Positions 1 to 14,741 of a DNA stretch of 64,000 bases are shown in pieces (the stretch's first letter is position 1; each line of letters begins with the position of its first letter). The DNA is from Octopus bimaculoides (lineage: Eukaryota), in the NCBI RefSeq assembly GCF_001194135.2, contig NC_068983.1, forward strand, positions 29,982,854-30,046,853. The letters are read 5' to 3'. A program made the translations under genes and the position numbers. The notes under the pieces were generated by a model. The model searched no databases, had not been told where the DNA came from, and saw nothing but the letters and a program-made list of their open reading frames with translations.

Positions 1-389
1 TGCCTTGTTTAATACCACCACCACCTGATACTTGAGTGCCTTAAGTGGAGTCTGTCCTGTTGTAAACATTGTTATTGGATCTCTGGTTTAAAAATTCTTT
101 CTTTTACCAATACCAGAAGCCCTGCAAAAGGTCATGGGCATTGCCCTTCATTCTGTGGCTTTGGCATTAAAAATGCAGAACTAAAAATATTATCAGTCTT
201 GGTACATTTATCAGTTTCTTTATTCCATAATTCATTTGCATTTGTTTTCCACACAAGTTATTGAAAATAAACAGTTATACATTAATGCTTAATTTTACTG
301 AAGAAATTTATAAATTCTGTCTCTGCTATGAACTTGTTTAAATATAAACAATTTAGAAAAAGTGTAATTGTGAATTACCTTTTTTGTAG

Positions 390-479
390 ATGTGTTGGCA
401 GTGGTTATACTTCTCGTTGGCATCATATATCAGCTGGAGAGCATTTTTGTAATGAATGCTTTGAATATTTCTACAGAAG
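390..479 (+). CDS. KDM1B: KDM1B exon (C4H2C2 zinc finger part)
   Basis: tgtag|a...CVGSGYTSRWHHISAGEHFCNECFEYFYR ag|gtaag. Confidence 0.93.
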
Positions 480-3400
480 GTAAGTTGTATTCTCTTCTAT
501 AAAATGTTTAAGAATTTCACTCGGAATCTTAGTTAATGATTCACTGATAGATAAATGTCTGATGTCTTATCTCTTTTTTAATCTACTCTCTATGTTCCTC
601 TCAGTAGCAACATTACAAAGAAAGTCAATTTCTCAAAGCTTCTTACTTCTTGAGCTATCACAAATTTGTTCCAGTAGAGTTGAAATTGGTTCATGAACCA
701 CTAAACTACTCTGTCAAGCTTTCAACTTAATTAATACCCTTACTGCATATTGGAATCATAGTCAAAGAATCACTTGATTGATAAATGACTATCAATATTG
801 TCTTTCTTTGCTACTGTACTTGCCACATATGTCTTAATAACTACGAAGAAAGTAAATGTCTCGGTGTTTTTACTTGCATTAGCTGTTGTTTGTATTTCAG
901 TCATAAACTTGGTTATGAAACATTCTGTAAATGGAAGAGTGAATGGTCATCAAAAGCCAAGATGGAAGCTTCAGTCTGTGTGTTCATGGCTGACAAATTG
1001 TTACCATTCTGGGTTCAGTGTACACGACCCGAGTGTTGCAAGTGGCGACAGCTCTCCAGAGATTTTGACTTGTATCCAGATTTTATTCGTAACTTCACCT
1101 GTGGGATGACATCAGAAGGGAAAAAGGTAATATTTTATTTCATTTGATTAATAATCCATTATGATTTTACTCAGTAGATTTCATAATTACTTTAAGTTTA
1201 TCTGTTGTTTTTACACCCACCACCCCACTCTTCCAGCCACCAGCAGTTATTTGACTAACCTTCATCCTGCATTCATAACATCTCTCTCTCATCACCTCTC
1301 TGAAGGCATCATGTTTGTTGATATTGATACATACTACTTCTCTTGTGCAGAATCTCAATTGTTTTTCATTTTAAGCTACACCACTTAATATCCACTCTTA
1401 TTTCTCTTCCTCACTCACATTTGAAACTCCTTTGATGTCTTACTCACCTCCAATCTTCATCATTACCTATCTGTCTCTACAGCCATTTGATCACTAGCTA
1501 ATCAAGGCAACAATTTCACAAAACTCCTGCCATCATTCCCTCTCTTTTTTTTTTTTATTACCTTGGTTTGGAGGAAGATGTTGTGCACATTGTCTCAACA
1601 GGTCTTCGGAGATTAGTGAGATCAATATAGTTAATGTGCTTGAACAGTTGCATGTTGACAGCTGCATGAAAAACATGACAAGGGAAGAATTCCAAGGTTG
1701 TGATATACTAGAAGGGAAGAAATAGGAAAGTGGTTAGTACAGGGCCTATTTGGAGAGAGAGGACAACACGGGTTTGTGAAATGAAATAACATGAGTGAGT
1801 GACATTAGACAACAAAGTAGATATAAAAGCCAGTAAGGAAACAGCACGTCTCTATATCAGGGATTAGTATGTGCTGGTGAGGAGCTCATGCCAATCATCC
1901 AAGTAGCTTTTTTGGATGTGAATTAAAATATCAGTGTGTAGCAGTAAATAAGGGAACAGTACTCTATTGTGGATCTCACTTGAGCTTTGTAAATGGTTAG
2001 TGGTTGTTAGGTGATGAGGGATGAAGTATTTTCTAGCACTGAAAAGAAAGCCAACATTTGCTAAGTTGAAGAGATTCTTAGTAGTGGTGAGGCCTAGCAT
2101 TTATTTCAACCTTGAGGATTATAGCCAAGTGTTTGTGTTCAGGAAGTGGGATATGATATTGTTTTCCTGGTTTGTGTAGTGATTGTATCTTTGTACTTTT
2201 TAAGAAAACAAGATTAGCACATCTCCATATTAGAATGTGTTTAAGTTTCCCTTCATAGAGATTGGTGTGAGATGTCTAGGCTGCATGTAGTGGGGACTTG
2301 GGCACAATAAGAGAAGTGGGAGTTTTAATTAGTTAGCAGATAGCCGGCAGAAGAGCACCATCTCTCTTTCAACATGGAGCAGCCTCTTGGTTTTGCACAC
2401 CAACTTTGCATCAGCTAGCTCTAAAATATATTTCATCTCAACTGGTAGTACCACAAACAGCTTTTCATTTGCACACCAATTTCGTGTCTGCTAGCTCTGA
2501 ATTATATCACAGCTCTTCGTTTTTCACATCGACTTTGTGCAGCTAACTCTGAATTATATTGGCTCTCAACTTACCACTAAATTCATGTTTCAAGTGTAAC
2601 GGTTAAGTGCTTTTCCCTGACTCGCACACACACACACACACACACAGAGGCTACACAAATTTCATCTGACTTATGCACGCATGGTAAAATGGACATTAAA
2701 ACAACGATGATGATGTATCTTCACATTTTTAATTTTCAGTATCCTCTAACACTAAATAATAAAAATTCAGAGACTTGTTGTTCAACTGTTTTTTTTGCAT
2801 TTTCCTTTATTTAGAAAGAAAGACAACTTGAAGCATGTGCTGTACCAGAAGATCATGTAAGTATTTTACAAAACCAGACCATNNNNNNNNNNNNNNNNNN
2901 NNNNNNNNNNNNNNNNNNNNNNNNNNNNNNNNNNNNNNNNNNNNNNNNNNNNNNNNNNNNNNNNNNNNNNNNNNNNNNNNNNNNNNNNNNNNNNNNNNNN
3001 NNNNNNNNNNNNNNNGCCAACTAAATTTCAATTCCTATGTTATAAGCATGAAAATATAGACTTTAACCTTTTAGCATTCAGATTTCTCTGTCAAATATGA
3101 AAAAAAAAGTAAAGACCCCCTTCGGTCATGAATGACCATGGGATTGCACCTAGAAAGTTCCCCTCCAAGGCACAAGTCCAGGCAAAGTTGTTTGTGGAAG
3201 ACCAGCAGTCACCCATGCATACCAGCCTCCCCTCCCTATGCCACCAATGTTATCCAAGGGAAAGGCAAAGGCCAATACAGCTTGGCACCAGTGATGTTGC
3301 AACTCATTTCTACAGCTGAGTGAACTGGAGTACTGTGAAATAAAGTGTCTTGCTCAAGAACACAGCACACAGCACCCAGCCTGGTCTGGGAATCAAACTC

Positions 3401-6400
3401 ACTACCTCATGACTGTGAGCCCAACACTCTAACCACTGAGCCATGTGCCTTCACTAAGTCAAATATATCTAACTATATCTAATGCAAGCCAACAAGAAAG
3501 CCTAGGGCACTTTGATTTACTAGAAGTAACTGCCAATTCCCTCAAATCATTCTTTCTTACATTAGGAAGGATTCATTGAACAATGTTGTTCTAAACAAAC
3601 AAAAATGTGAGAAGTTCAAGGCTTGCTCAGTCATGGCTGATCTGGAGCTCAACAGCCAGAACAATAACATCTTAACATATTCCCCTCATTTTGAAAGATA
3701 TTTTGTGTGCAAAGTGTACAATTCTACTTATATTAAACAATTCTATTGAAACTATTCAAAACCTGTATGTCAAAAAGATCATTTCTTGTATTGCCAAATA
3801 AATATATTGTAAATTTTATTTAAAATCATCTTCCTATTAGATTGTCTTGGTTATCTTCTATTCTAGAGAGTAGAAATGTGTCGCTCTCCTTGGTGGTTTA
3901 GCCAGCTGACAGCCAGTGTAGGGCTGAAGATGTCACCATCATTACACTTCCTATCAGATTATTCTTCAGATGCCATAGGACATTGTCCTTTGGATGTAAC
4001 TTACCTTCAGCCGGAAAATACATCAACCAAAACAAAAGGTCAGTAGTTTGATTTGAATTTATTTGATTAAATTTATTTGATGTTATATCATCATCATCAT
4101 CATAACATCCACTTTTTCTTACCTGCATGGGCAGGACAGATTTTATTGGGGCAAATTTTCTAAGTCCAAATACTCATCCTGGCACCAGATCTTACCTGCT
4201 TCCAAGTAAGGTTATCTTTTCCCCTGATTAGACATATTTTCATAGAATACTGGAAATGAAAGGCATTCATTTACGGCAATCACGCGATGTCAAGGAGACA
4301 CAAACACTTACACACATGCACACACACATGCACACACATGCACACACATACACACTCAATTGGTTTCTTTCAGTTCCCATCTATCAAATCCACTCACAAG
4401 GCTTTGGTTGGTCTGGGGCTATAGTAGAAGACACTTGCCCTAGGTGCCATGCAGTGGTAACAAGCCCCCAAAACCATGTGGTTGGGAAGCAAACTTTATA
4501 ATCACACAGCCATGCCTACATCTTGGAGATGTTATAAAATGAGAATGTTTCAGATTATAAACACCGTCCTTAGAGAGGAAACCTTTTTATGTCTTTCGAT
4601 ATAACATCTCTCATTTTAAAGTGTTCAGATTTTAATTAGTACCTTCCATTGTAATTTTACATAAGCTCTTTTTGGGATGTTATGTTTCTAACATCATCGT
4701 CATTGTCGATATCCTGTTTGCTTTTTCCATATTGGCATGGTTTTAATGACACTTCTTGAGGCAGTATCCTTTGACTGGATAACCTTTTTAGTTGTTTTTC
4801 AAGTGAGATATTTTTTCCATTGGTCTTCTAGTCAAAACTGCCATGCTATAGAACATTGTTTACAGATGTAAACAATAATGTCACCATCACCAACAAAGTA
4901 TCAATGCAAAAGACATAGGGATATAAGCATTCATGCACACACACACAAAACAAGTTTCCATATGGCTTTTGTCCACTAATTTCACTCACAAGCCATTGGT
5001 CAGTCTGAGGCTATAACAGCAGATAGGCACTTGCAATCTCTTTTACAATTTTCCTCATTTAACCAATCAGACAGCAGGAGAATGTTTGTAAATATGATGA
5101 TCATGATGGTACTTAACACCAAGTCTTTTTTTTCTTTTTTGTTTTCATATTGTTTAGCACTGTGGTGAAAGCACATGGCTTAGTGATTAGGGTAATTGGC
5201 TCATGATTGTAAGGTCATGAGTTCGATTGCTAGCAGAATGCTGTGTCCTTGAGTAAGACACTTTATTTCACATTGCTCCAGTCCACTCAGGTGGCAAAAA
5301 TGAGTTGTACCTGTAATTCAAAGGGCCAGCTTTGTCACATTCTGTGTTATGCTGAATCACTCTAAGAACTATGTTAAGAGCACACGTGTCTGTGGAGTGC
5401 TCAGCCACTTTTACAAAAATTTCACGAGCAGGCTGTTCCGTTGATTAGATCAACTGGAACCCTCGTCATCACAACTGATGGAGTGCCAGTTTTTTTAGCA
5501 CTGTGTCAAAACTGCTTGAGTGGATATGTTTCTCATATTACTGTATGTCCCCATGTCAAGCTTGAATGAACATACTAATGTTACAAGATTCAGTGAAAAT
5601 TGATTGTTTTTTCCCCCCCTCTTTTTAATTCTTATCTGATCTATTTCAGTATGGGAGATGTTTCGGCAACCATTCAGTCACAGCCATGAAACGGATACAG
5701 CTGGAACTGTTAAAGCAGATGAAATGAGTGAATCAGAATGCAATTACTTTCCGCATTTAGCCAGAGAACCAAAAATCTTCCTCAGTCTACGCAATCTCAT
5801 TATAAGTTTATGGAATCTTAGCATAAAGGTAATCTTTCTTCATAATTTTCTTGCATTTTTCTTAAAGTTTGCATTAATACAAAACCTCAAATTTAGAGAA
5901 GAGGTAAACATTGAGAAGTTTCTATGCTTATATCATTCATAAGGATAATATAGACCTAGGTAGAGTGAAACCAAATGAAGTTAAAAACTTGAAAACTTTA
6001 TGGTGAGAGGTTTGATCAAAAAGTATTGGGACTGGTGCTGTAAAAAGAAAACTACAACACATATCAATTCGGTATTTAATTTCCTTCGAAGTAGTCCCCT
6101 TCTGAAACCACACACTTTATCCAACGTCATTTCCATTGATGGAAGCATTCCTGAATCTTCTTTTTGGGGATAGCATGCCGCTGCCTCTTTGCATTCTCTT
6201 GGGTTTCCTCAACATCTTAAAATCTTGTTTCTCTCGAGTGGGATTTGATTTTTGGAAAGATTCTTAGCTCTAATAATCTTCGAACCCTCTCTCTTTCCAT
6301 GCACACACACACACACACACATGCACATTTTCTCTGCCATGGTCACTGATGGAACCTCTGGTGTGGTGAGACGTCCACATTCTACACACTTTGCTTCCAA

Positions 6401-9400
6401 GTACTGCTATAAACAGCAGAAGTAAGCAAGAATGTTATAACTTAGTGTACATACACAATAGTGTTCAAGCCCATTCTGTGCTGAGCGGTTTCACTCTAGA
6501 GAACTTTAGCTCTGTAACCATAGTAACAGTTCTGATACTTTTTGATCAGATCTCGTATTTTACAGTGCATTCTTCAAATTCAGGTCTTGTCTCTCTTCTT
6601 CACGCTATGCGTCTCTCCACTTTGAACCACATCTCTCTTCTTTGCACTGTACCGCTTCCTTACATCTCTCTCCTTTGTCACACCTCCCTCCTTCACACCA
6701 TACCTCCCTCTGTTATCCCATGTCTCATTCATACTACGATGTCCTAATTCTATTTAGTTGATATGGTTGTATCAATGTTCAGACTTAAATTAAAAAATCT
6801 TTTGACCTCAGCATAAAGCCAAAGAAGGACCTTCTACTTGGTTCCTCTCCCTACTGGAAACAGCAGCCAAACTACCCTCATATTGCAGCCTAGCATCTTT
6901 AAAACGTAACAATTGGATGATCATAACTGGAATGCTTTTCATCATAGATTTGCTTCATCACATTCAGTGTCATGTCACACTTCTTTAATTATGTTTTACA
7001 CAGTCTAGCTGTCACTTGAAGAGAAAATACTTCGATATTGTTTACTTCCTGGTCAGTAGTGATCAAGCAAACCTATGATCAGTGATATTCCATCGATTGT
7101 GTGGTCTTTTATTCCAACATATTATATTGGAATAAACTTCATGATCTAAAGCAGTGGTTCTCAGTCATTTTTTGCCTCCTTTGATTCTTATATTACTCAA
7201 CTGGATACTTGCAAACGTCATTAGATGCTAATGAATCCTTTGGATGGGAGCCTCATTAGATATTTTATCCCACAAAAGCTAGATTTCAGAGCAGGGCTGA
7301 ATGGCAAAATTAAGACCAGACATCGAATTTTATTGTTGCTCCTTTGTATTCCTTGCTATGAATAAAGTATTTTGAGGCTGAAATTTCAGTATACTATTCT
7401 TTAGTTTTTGAACAGTTTTATATATTTGAAATGTGCTCTATGGGTTTTGTGTTATTTTTTTAATGTTATTTTTCTTTTTATATTTGTAGGAATGGATGAC
7501 TTGGCAGCGGTGTGCTAATTATCTGATATATAGAGGTGTTTCAAGAATTAAGTGTGTTGAATTATTACAGTCAATTATTTACTATCTTACTCGGGAAGGT
7601 CTTATTAACATTGGTTTGCTGCATGATCCACCAACTAGCTTATTGCTACCAAATGTAAACTATGAAAATGTAAGTGTCATTTAATTTACTATGGCTTTCA
7701 CCAGCACGTACACGTTTTGCCTGGTCCTGGTCACAAGAAAGTACAGTTACATAGAAATAAGGAGAGAATACAACTGAGTAAAAAAAAGACAAACAGCATA
7801 TAATACAAGCACTACAGAGCAACAATCCTATTCCAACACTAAGAAAAAATATTTTTAAATTATACCATTTATTAAAGAAACTCATTAAAATAATTATAAA
7901 AATAAAGTTGAAAAAAAGTTGGTATTTATATGAAAATTCTTAAAAATCAATAATAATTAAGAGAAAGAAGACAGTTTAAATTTGGGCAGAGCAGATGATG
8001 TCATCTAGTAGTGAAGCAAAAAAAAAGTGACAATACATATTTGATGGTTACATCCTGAAGAATACCATTTGTTTAGGTAAAAGCTAATAAAGATTGATAC
8101 AACATACACAACATAAAATAAAGAAGAGAAAAAGAATGGGTAAGAAAAGTAAATTGCATGTTTTGCAAATACTAAAACTAACAAATATCCAGTAAAAATG
8201 AGAGAAAGTAGAGCTAATTATCTGATATATAGAAGTGTTTCAAGAATTAAGTGTGTTGAATTATTACAGTCAATTATTTACTATCTAACTCGGGAAGATC
8301 TTATTAACATTGGTTTACTGCATGATCCACCAACTTGCTTATTGCTTATTCTCCCAGAAATACTGTTTCTTATTTATACAAACATAAGACAACATAGAAA
8401 CAATGAAATTGTATACTTTACAAATGCTAAAACTTTGCAAAATATCTAACAAGAACGAGAGAATATATCACAAAATTGATCTCTCAGAAGTACCTGGTAG
8501 TTGCATCAAGATTAAGATGTAATTTCAAATTTCAAATCTTGTAGTTCTCAATATATCTCTTCTAAGTTTATCTCTTGTTGGATTCTAATTCAATATCTTT
8601 TTTGTGTTACAGCATTCAGTTATTGTGGTCGGGGCTGGCATTACTGGACTTGCAGCAGCGAGGCAGTTATCTAATTTTGGAGTGAAGGTTAGTTCTTAAC
8701 CCTTTAGCATTTAAACTGGCCATTTCTGGCCAAAATATTCTGTCTGCTTTACATTCAGACTGGCTGAATCTGGCCTCTCACACCTACCCTATAATGTCAT
8801 TCTAAAAATAGTCACATTATCAAAATCTTGAAGCTACAACACAATTCATGATTAATTCAAAACAACATGAACGAATAAACAGCATATTTAACAGAATAAC
8901 TTGAATGCTAAAGGATTAAAGTATTTATATTTCAGTTGATATTTTTGCTACAGACATCTGTGTTAGTCACTGACAAAGGCAGTATTTACATAAATACCAC
9001 TGATTTAATCTAATTTTAACCAGTATTATTATTTTAATGCATAGGTGCAGGCGTGGCAGTATGGTTAAGAAATTTGCTTCCCAGTCACATGGTTTCAGGT
9101 TCAGTCCCATTGCATGGCACCTTGACTGGCCAAAACCTTGTGAGTTGATCTGGTAGATAGAAACTGAAAGAAACCTGTTGTGTGTGTGTGTGTGTGTGTG
9201 TGTGATTGTGTTGCCATGCCTTGACATTGTGTAATAGTTGTAAATGAGTGTCACAGTCATTCATTTCCAATATTTTGTAATGTGTGGTGTGAGGCTGTTT
9301 GATAAGAAGAGGACTGAGGATTTGATAGGGATGCTGGGGTTAGAAGAATCAGTGGAACGGCTGGCAAGGGTGAATGGGGTTCGGTGGTATGTGCATGTGT

Positions 9401-12400
9401 TGAGGAGGGATGAGGAGCATGTTCTGAAGAGGGTAAGGTAAAGAGTTTGAGGTAAATGGATACTCTCGGAGTGGCTGATGTTAGGAAGGGCATCCAGCTG
9501 TAGAAACCTTGCCAAATCAGATTGGAGCTTGGTGTAGCCTCCCGGCCTGCCAGTTCTTGGTCAAACTGTCCAACCCATACCAGCATGGAAAGTGGACGTT
9601 AAACAATGACAATGATGATAACCCATCCCATATTTTTTTCTTTTTTGCATAACACTAGATTAATTTGTCTTTCATTATTTTTAATAAGGTGTTATTTGAG
9701 GGAGATTTGGTTGTTGTTTCTAGCATTTTGAGCAGCCATAAAGATGTACCATGTTTTGCTGGACTTTATTTATTTGTTTCATTTTTTTAAAAACTCTGAA
9801 CACACCAAAAATACATGGTTGTGTAAAGAAAGATAATGGTGACTAAGAGTTGATAAGACAGATCCAAGTAGGAGAAATGGGCTAGATCAACAATGAAAAC
9901 CTGGAAAAGACAATTTGGGGAGCATTTTCAAGTTGACCTTTGAAATGTTGTCTCGCATAATTGACATTGAAATGAATTACAACCTTTAAAATATGTAATT
10001 TGGTTTTATTGTTATAAATGATGAGCATTCAGCATTATACAACCTTAGAATGTGTATGTATGTGTGTGTGTGCGTGTGTGAGGCAGCAGCTGCACAGGAT
10101 TCAGGGAGAAACAGATTGACCTTTATTTTATTTATTTTTTTTTTTGTTGACATAGAGTTTTTGAAAGCATGGATATTCATGATACCCTTTAAAGATCTTT
10201 AAACTCCTATGAGACTGCCTCTCATCCCATGCCATAAAGCTTCATTTTAAGGCATGCATCATAATTTTGTGTAAGACACTTTTGTTCAACTAGGCTCTAA
10301 ACATCATCATCATCATCATAGTCATCATCCTTTAACGTCCATTTTCCATGTGGGCATGGGTTGGACAGTTTGACCAGAGCTGGAGAACTGCATCAGGTTC
10401 CAGTCTGATTTGACTTGGTTTCTATGGTTAGATGTCGTTCCTAATGCTAACCATTTTACAGTGTGTGCTAGATGCTTTTAACGTGGCATAAGCATGTTGA
10501 TATGGCATTGGCATAAGTGCTTTTTATGTGGCACCAGAACAGGACTCTTGCAGGCCAATCCTCTTCACTAGGAGATGTGGCCTTAATATTTCTGTAGTGG
10601 AGGATGGGTCTTCTGAGAGTACAGCAAGGTACCAGGTGTCTCGGTCTTTTGTCATTTCATCCAAAAGTTCAGCGTCCTGAGGTGGTCATCCTAACAAGCA
10701 ACAACTTTAATAATGTAGAAGTTATTTTTACTATATTCTTTGAAATTGGTGATTAATTTCAAAATTAATAAAAGCACATAGTGTATTTCAGTAAAACCGT
10801 GGTTGTAAAAGGGTTAAGTTTATATAAGAATTAAGATGAAATTCAAAGACTTCATGAGAAATGGTAAGACATTTGAAATTTATGACATACACTGTGATAA
10901 CTGCCTGTAAACATTACAAGAATGAGTGTATTATAGTTAATGATAGATTTCTCTACTGTCTGGATTTTCTTTCATTCAATTCACATTTTTATAAGACTTA
11001 ATAGTTGTTTATGAATATCCTTTAATAGTAGCATCAAGCAGCTGTATCTTATCAACCTAGATCTTCACCTTTTTCAAATGTTTACACTATGAAATGACTT
11101 ACATTATTATCTGAATATATAAGCTTGAGACCGATGACTGTAAATTCTTGAAAAGAAATTGTTGTATTTTTGATATCAATTAAGACTTTATATTAATCTA
11201 TATCGTATTTCTATTTTCTGATTAATATTTTTTTTTTTACTGATTAGGTGACTGTATTAGAGGCCCAGAACTGTTTAGGAGGCAGGGTTGATGAAGCAAG
11301 TAATATTGGGGATATGTGTTTGGGCCAAGGAACTCAAATAATCAACAACTGTGTTAATAACCCGATTTGTTTGATGTGCATGCAGGTGAGTTTGTGGCTT
11401 TGATCAATAGGGAAGAAGCAATTACCATCTTGGCAGTCCAGTTGCATTAGTATATGTAGTTGTCATTTTTAGCATTTTTTTTTTTAGTTTCATGGATGAC
11501 ACATTAACTTTTTATTTATAATTGAAATGTTAAACCTTGGTTTAATCATTATATTGTTCCCTTAGCTATGACATTTGTTTTTGCTTTGGTTATTTTATTA
11601 AATATTTATCACTCTCATTTTCTTATAGATAATAAAAAGGGGGAGCTATCTATAAGACACTGCTTCAAACAGTTCCTGCAAGCAAATAGACACTAAATTC
11701 CAACCCTTGTTATCATAATACAAAAGTTTTCTAAAGTGTGAGTAGATTTTAAGGGTTTTAGCTTAGCTTTGGTTTCATGGCATTAAGAATCAGAGTTTAA
11801 TGCTGGTTTTGTGAGATTATGGTTAGTTTGGTTCAGGCCTTATGACATTAGGGTTAGAACATAGTGCTGGTCTTTTGACATTAAACATATGGAAAAAATA
11901 TATCTTCTACAGATATAATGCTAATCTGTTACAGGCAGCAATTCCAGATAATCCAACAGGTTTGAAAATTGAGATGTGTAGAATTATGACACTGCCCAAT
12001 TGCACTACACATATGAACACAAGAACTATAAGTTTGTGGTTGAATACCATAGCTATTTCAGTTAATATGGAAACTTTAAGAAATGTGTTTTGGAGGAAAT
12101 ATTGTTTCTCTTTCTATCTTATCAAAAGCACTTTTAATCTCTGCATGTACTGTACCAGAGCTGATATTTTTAACTTTGGTGATTACTGGTTTATATCCAG
12201 TATTTAATTTAGCATTTCATTCTTTTGAGATCAGTAATATAAGCTCCAGTAATATTCTGAGAGCAAATAGATTTGGCTCTTATCTGGAGAAAAATGTGTC
12301 TCTACCTTCCTTGTTGCTGCAGAAGCTGTTAATCAACACCAGCCACTCTGATTTGGCATTCTCTGTTTGCCATGGGTTTAAACCAGAAATTTACTAAGCT

Positions 12401-14705
12401 AACAAATGTCTTACAGATAAGATTAACCATAGAATATATTTAAAATGAAAACCTATCATAAGTAGTGAGAAAGTGTAGATTTTGAATATTTTATTTTCAG
12501 GCAGACATAGATATGAAAATTATTCGAGACAAATATGAATTAATCTTTGAAAATGGTCAGCTGGCACTGCCAGAATCTTGTCGGCGATTGAATTTCCACT
12601 TTAATGCTATTCTCGATGTTATTGCTGAATGGAGGAAAGATAATGCTTTAGCAAAAGATACTGGCTTATTAAGTAAGTATATTTGTTAGAAGTGTTTCCT
12701 TTGTTAAATAGTCTGCATAATTTATTTATATGCTTTAGCTTATGTTTAATTTGGTTCTTAGCCCCAGAGTTAACCCCTATCTTTGCAAAACTTTTCAATT
12801 TCTTCCTATCTCAATGAAAATCCCTTGGCCCCTCTTATTTGCTGGTCTTTTGCACTCACTTCTAATATCTCAAAGTTGATGGAAAGATGACAGTCATTAA
12901 AAAAACACCTCCAACACCTTAAATTCCTCTCCTTCTTCAATGACCATCAATAACTTCCATAAAACCAAATCTACTGGAGACCTACTCTCCTGTGTCACTC
13001 ACCAATGGGCCTTCACTTTTGAAAAATTTAATAAGAACATATTTATTTACATGACATATCTGGAAAGCAAATCTCCCAGCTAGACAAGGCTTCATTATCT
13101 CTTGGATAGGGTGCATTCAATCAGATCACACCATGATGTTATGTAATGATAGAGCCTTCTCTCTGACCCATACTTTTGAAACTCTATGTGCCCCATAGTT
13201 TGATTTCATTCTTCCACAATTTTATTCCAGTATATAAACAACCTATTTGAAATTTCCTTTAGCAATGCTCCTGACTGCAGATGATATGACCTGTCACTCC
13301 TCTCCAGCTGTCTGTGTTCAAGTGTCATCTACATGTAAACTAGATGCCATATACCATATTTATACTGACTTCATGCATAAAAACCTCAAAAGCATTCTCC
13401 AATGAGGTCATATCAATCTTCTCTCCATCAACAATAAAACAATATAATCACTACATATATCACACAAAAAGTTAGTTTTAGGCCTCACCATCAATAAAGA
13501 TCTCTCTTGCTGGTCTCTTAACATCAACTTAGCAAAGGCTATATCACAAGGACTGATCTTTCTTCTGGGGCTAAAAATACAGCCTCTTCCGCCTTAACTA
13601 CGTACTCTACAAAGCTTAAGTGAGGACTACAATAATGGAATACTAAAAGCCCATCTCCAAAGAAGGTTACCTTACTTAAAGCCTGCTACAACAGTGGCTG
13701 CTGTTCCCAAGAGTTGGGTGGTGTCATGCCACATGCACTTAGGCCTTCCTAACTCATTTGCCTCTTTCTCTTCTTTTCATCACTCATATTATGTCCTTTC
13801 CATCACTGCACTAACCACATCATCCAGTCCTTTCTCCTCAAGACAACAGGCCCTTGAAATCCCATCCTGCCCGTTTTTTTTCTAGTAATTATTCAAGAGG
13901 AACATGGATTATATCAATCTCACCAATCAGAGAGAGCCCATAAAGACCGTTGGTACAGTTCTTACAGTTCCTTTCTCCAGATCAAACCATTAAAAAAAAC
14001 CCATTTAAGTTTAGTAATAAATTTTTGTGTTCAGAATTTGTTTTGATTTTATGTATTTTGAAAGTGACTTTATTGTTTTGTTTCTTTAACAGTAATGACA
14101 TTAACCTTTTATGGTGACTCCACATTTTTTTTTTTATATTACCTAAGACAGCATCACAAAACCTATTCCCCTTTAGGGTCAGGAAGTATTCCAAACCTGA
14201 ACAGCAGTTAGTTAAAATATGACCAGTACAGATGCATTTCCTATACAGTATCTCTCTCTCTCAGATTCTTGAAAGGATCTAAGGAAAATGTGCTTGTCAA
14301 CCTCTGTTCTCCCTGTCTTTCCACACTATTTCTGTTTCTCTGAGCCTACTGATTCTATACACTACCTAAAACAACTGCAATTCCTTCACCTCATCTGTTT
14401 CTGCCCTTCCTAATATACAGGGTGTCCACAAAGTCTGGGTACATGTAGTAAATAAAATCATAACATAAACAATTAAATATAAGAAATAATAATTTCTTAA
14501 AATATGTGTTAATCCCCATGTACCCAGACTTTGTGGACACCCTATACATTATTTTTTTAGTCCTGTGCGAAACATTTCAGCAAATATTTTTTCCAAGAAC
14601 TGCTTCCCTAGAGATATCCCTCCTAGCCATATTTACTTTTTTCCAACCCCAACCCTGCCACAATCCAATCTGATTCTTATTCTTTAGTTCAGAAAGGTGT
14701 CAGAT

Positions 14706-14741
<36 letters not shown>

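Noticed and set aside
8198-8449. 83-aa ORF resembling SWIRM as a separate gene or alternative exon
   Set aside because: It is the duplicated exon fragment; there is no pyrimidine tract or donor, and the flanking codons are unrelated.
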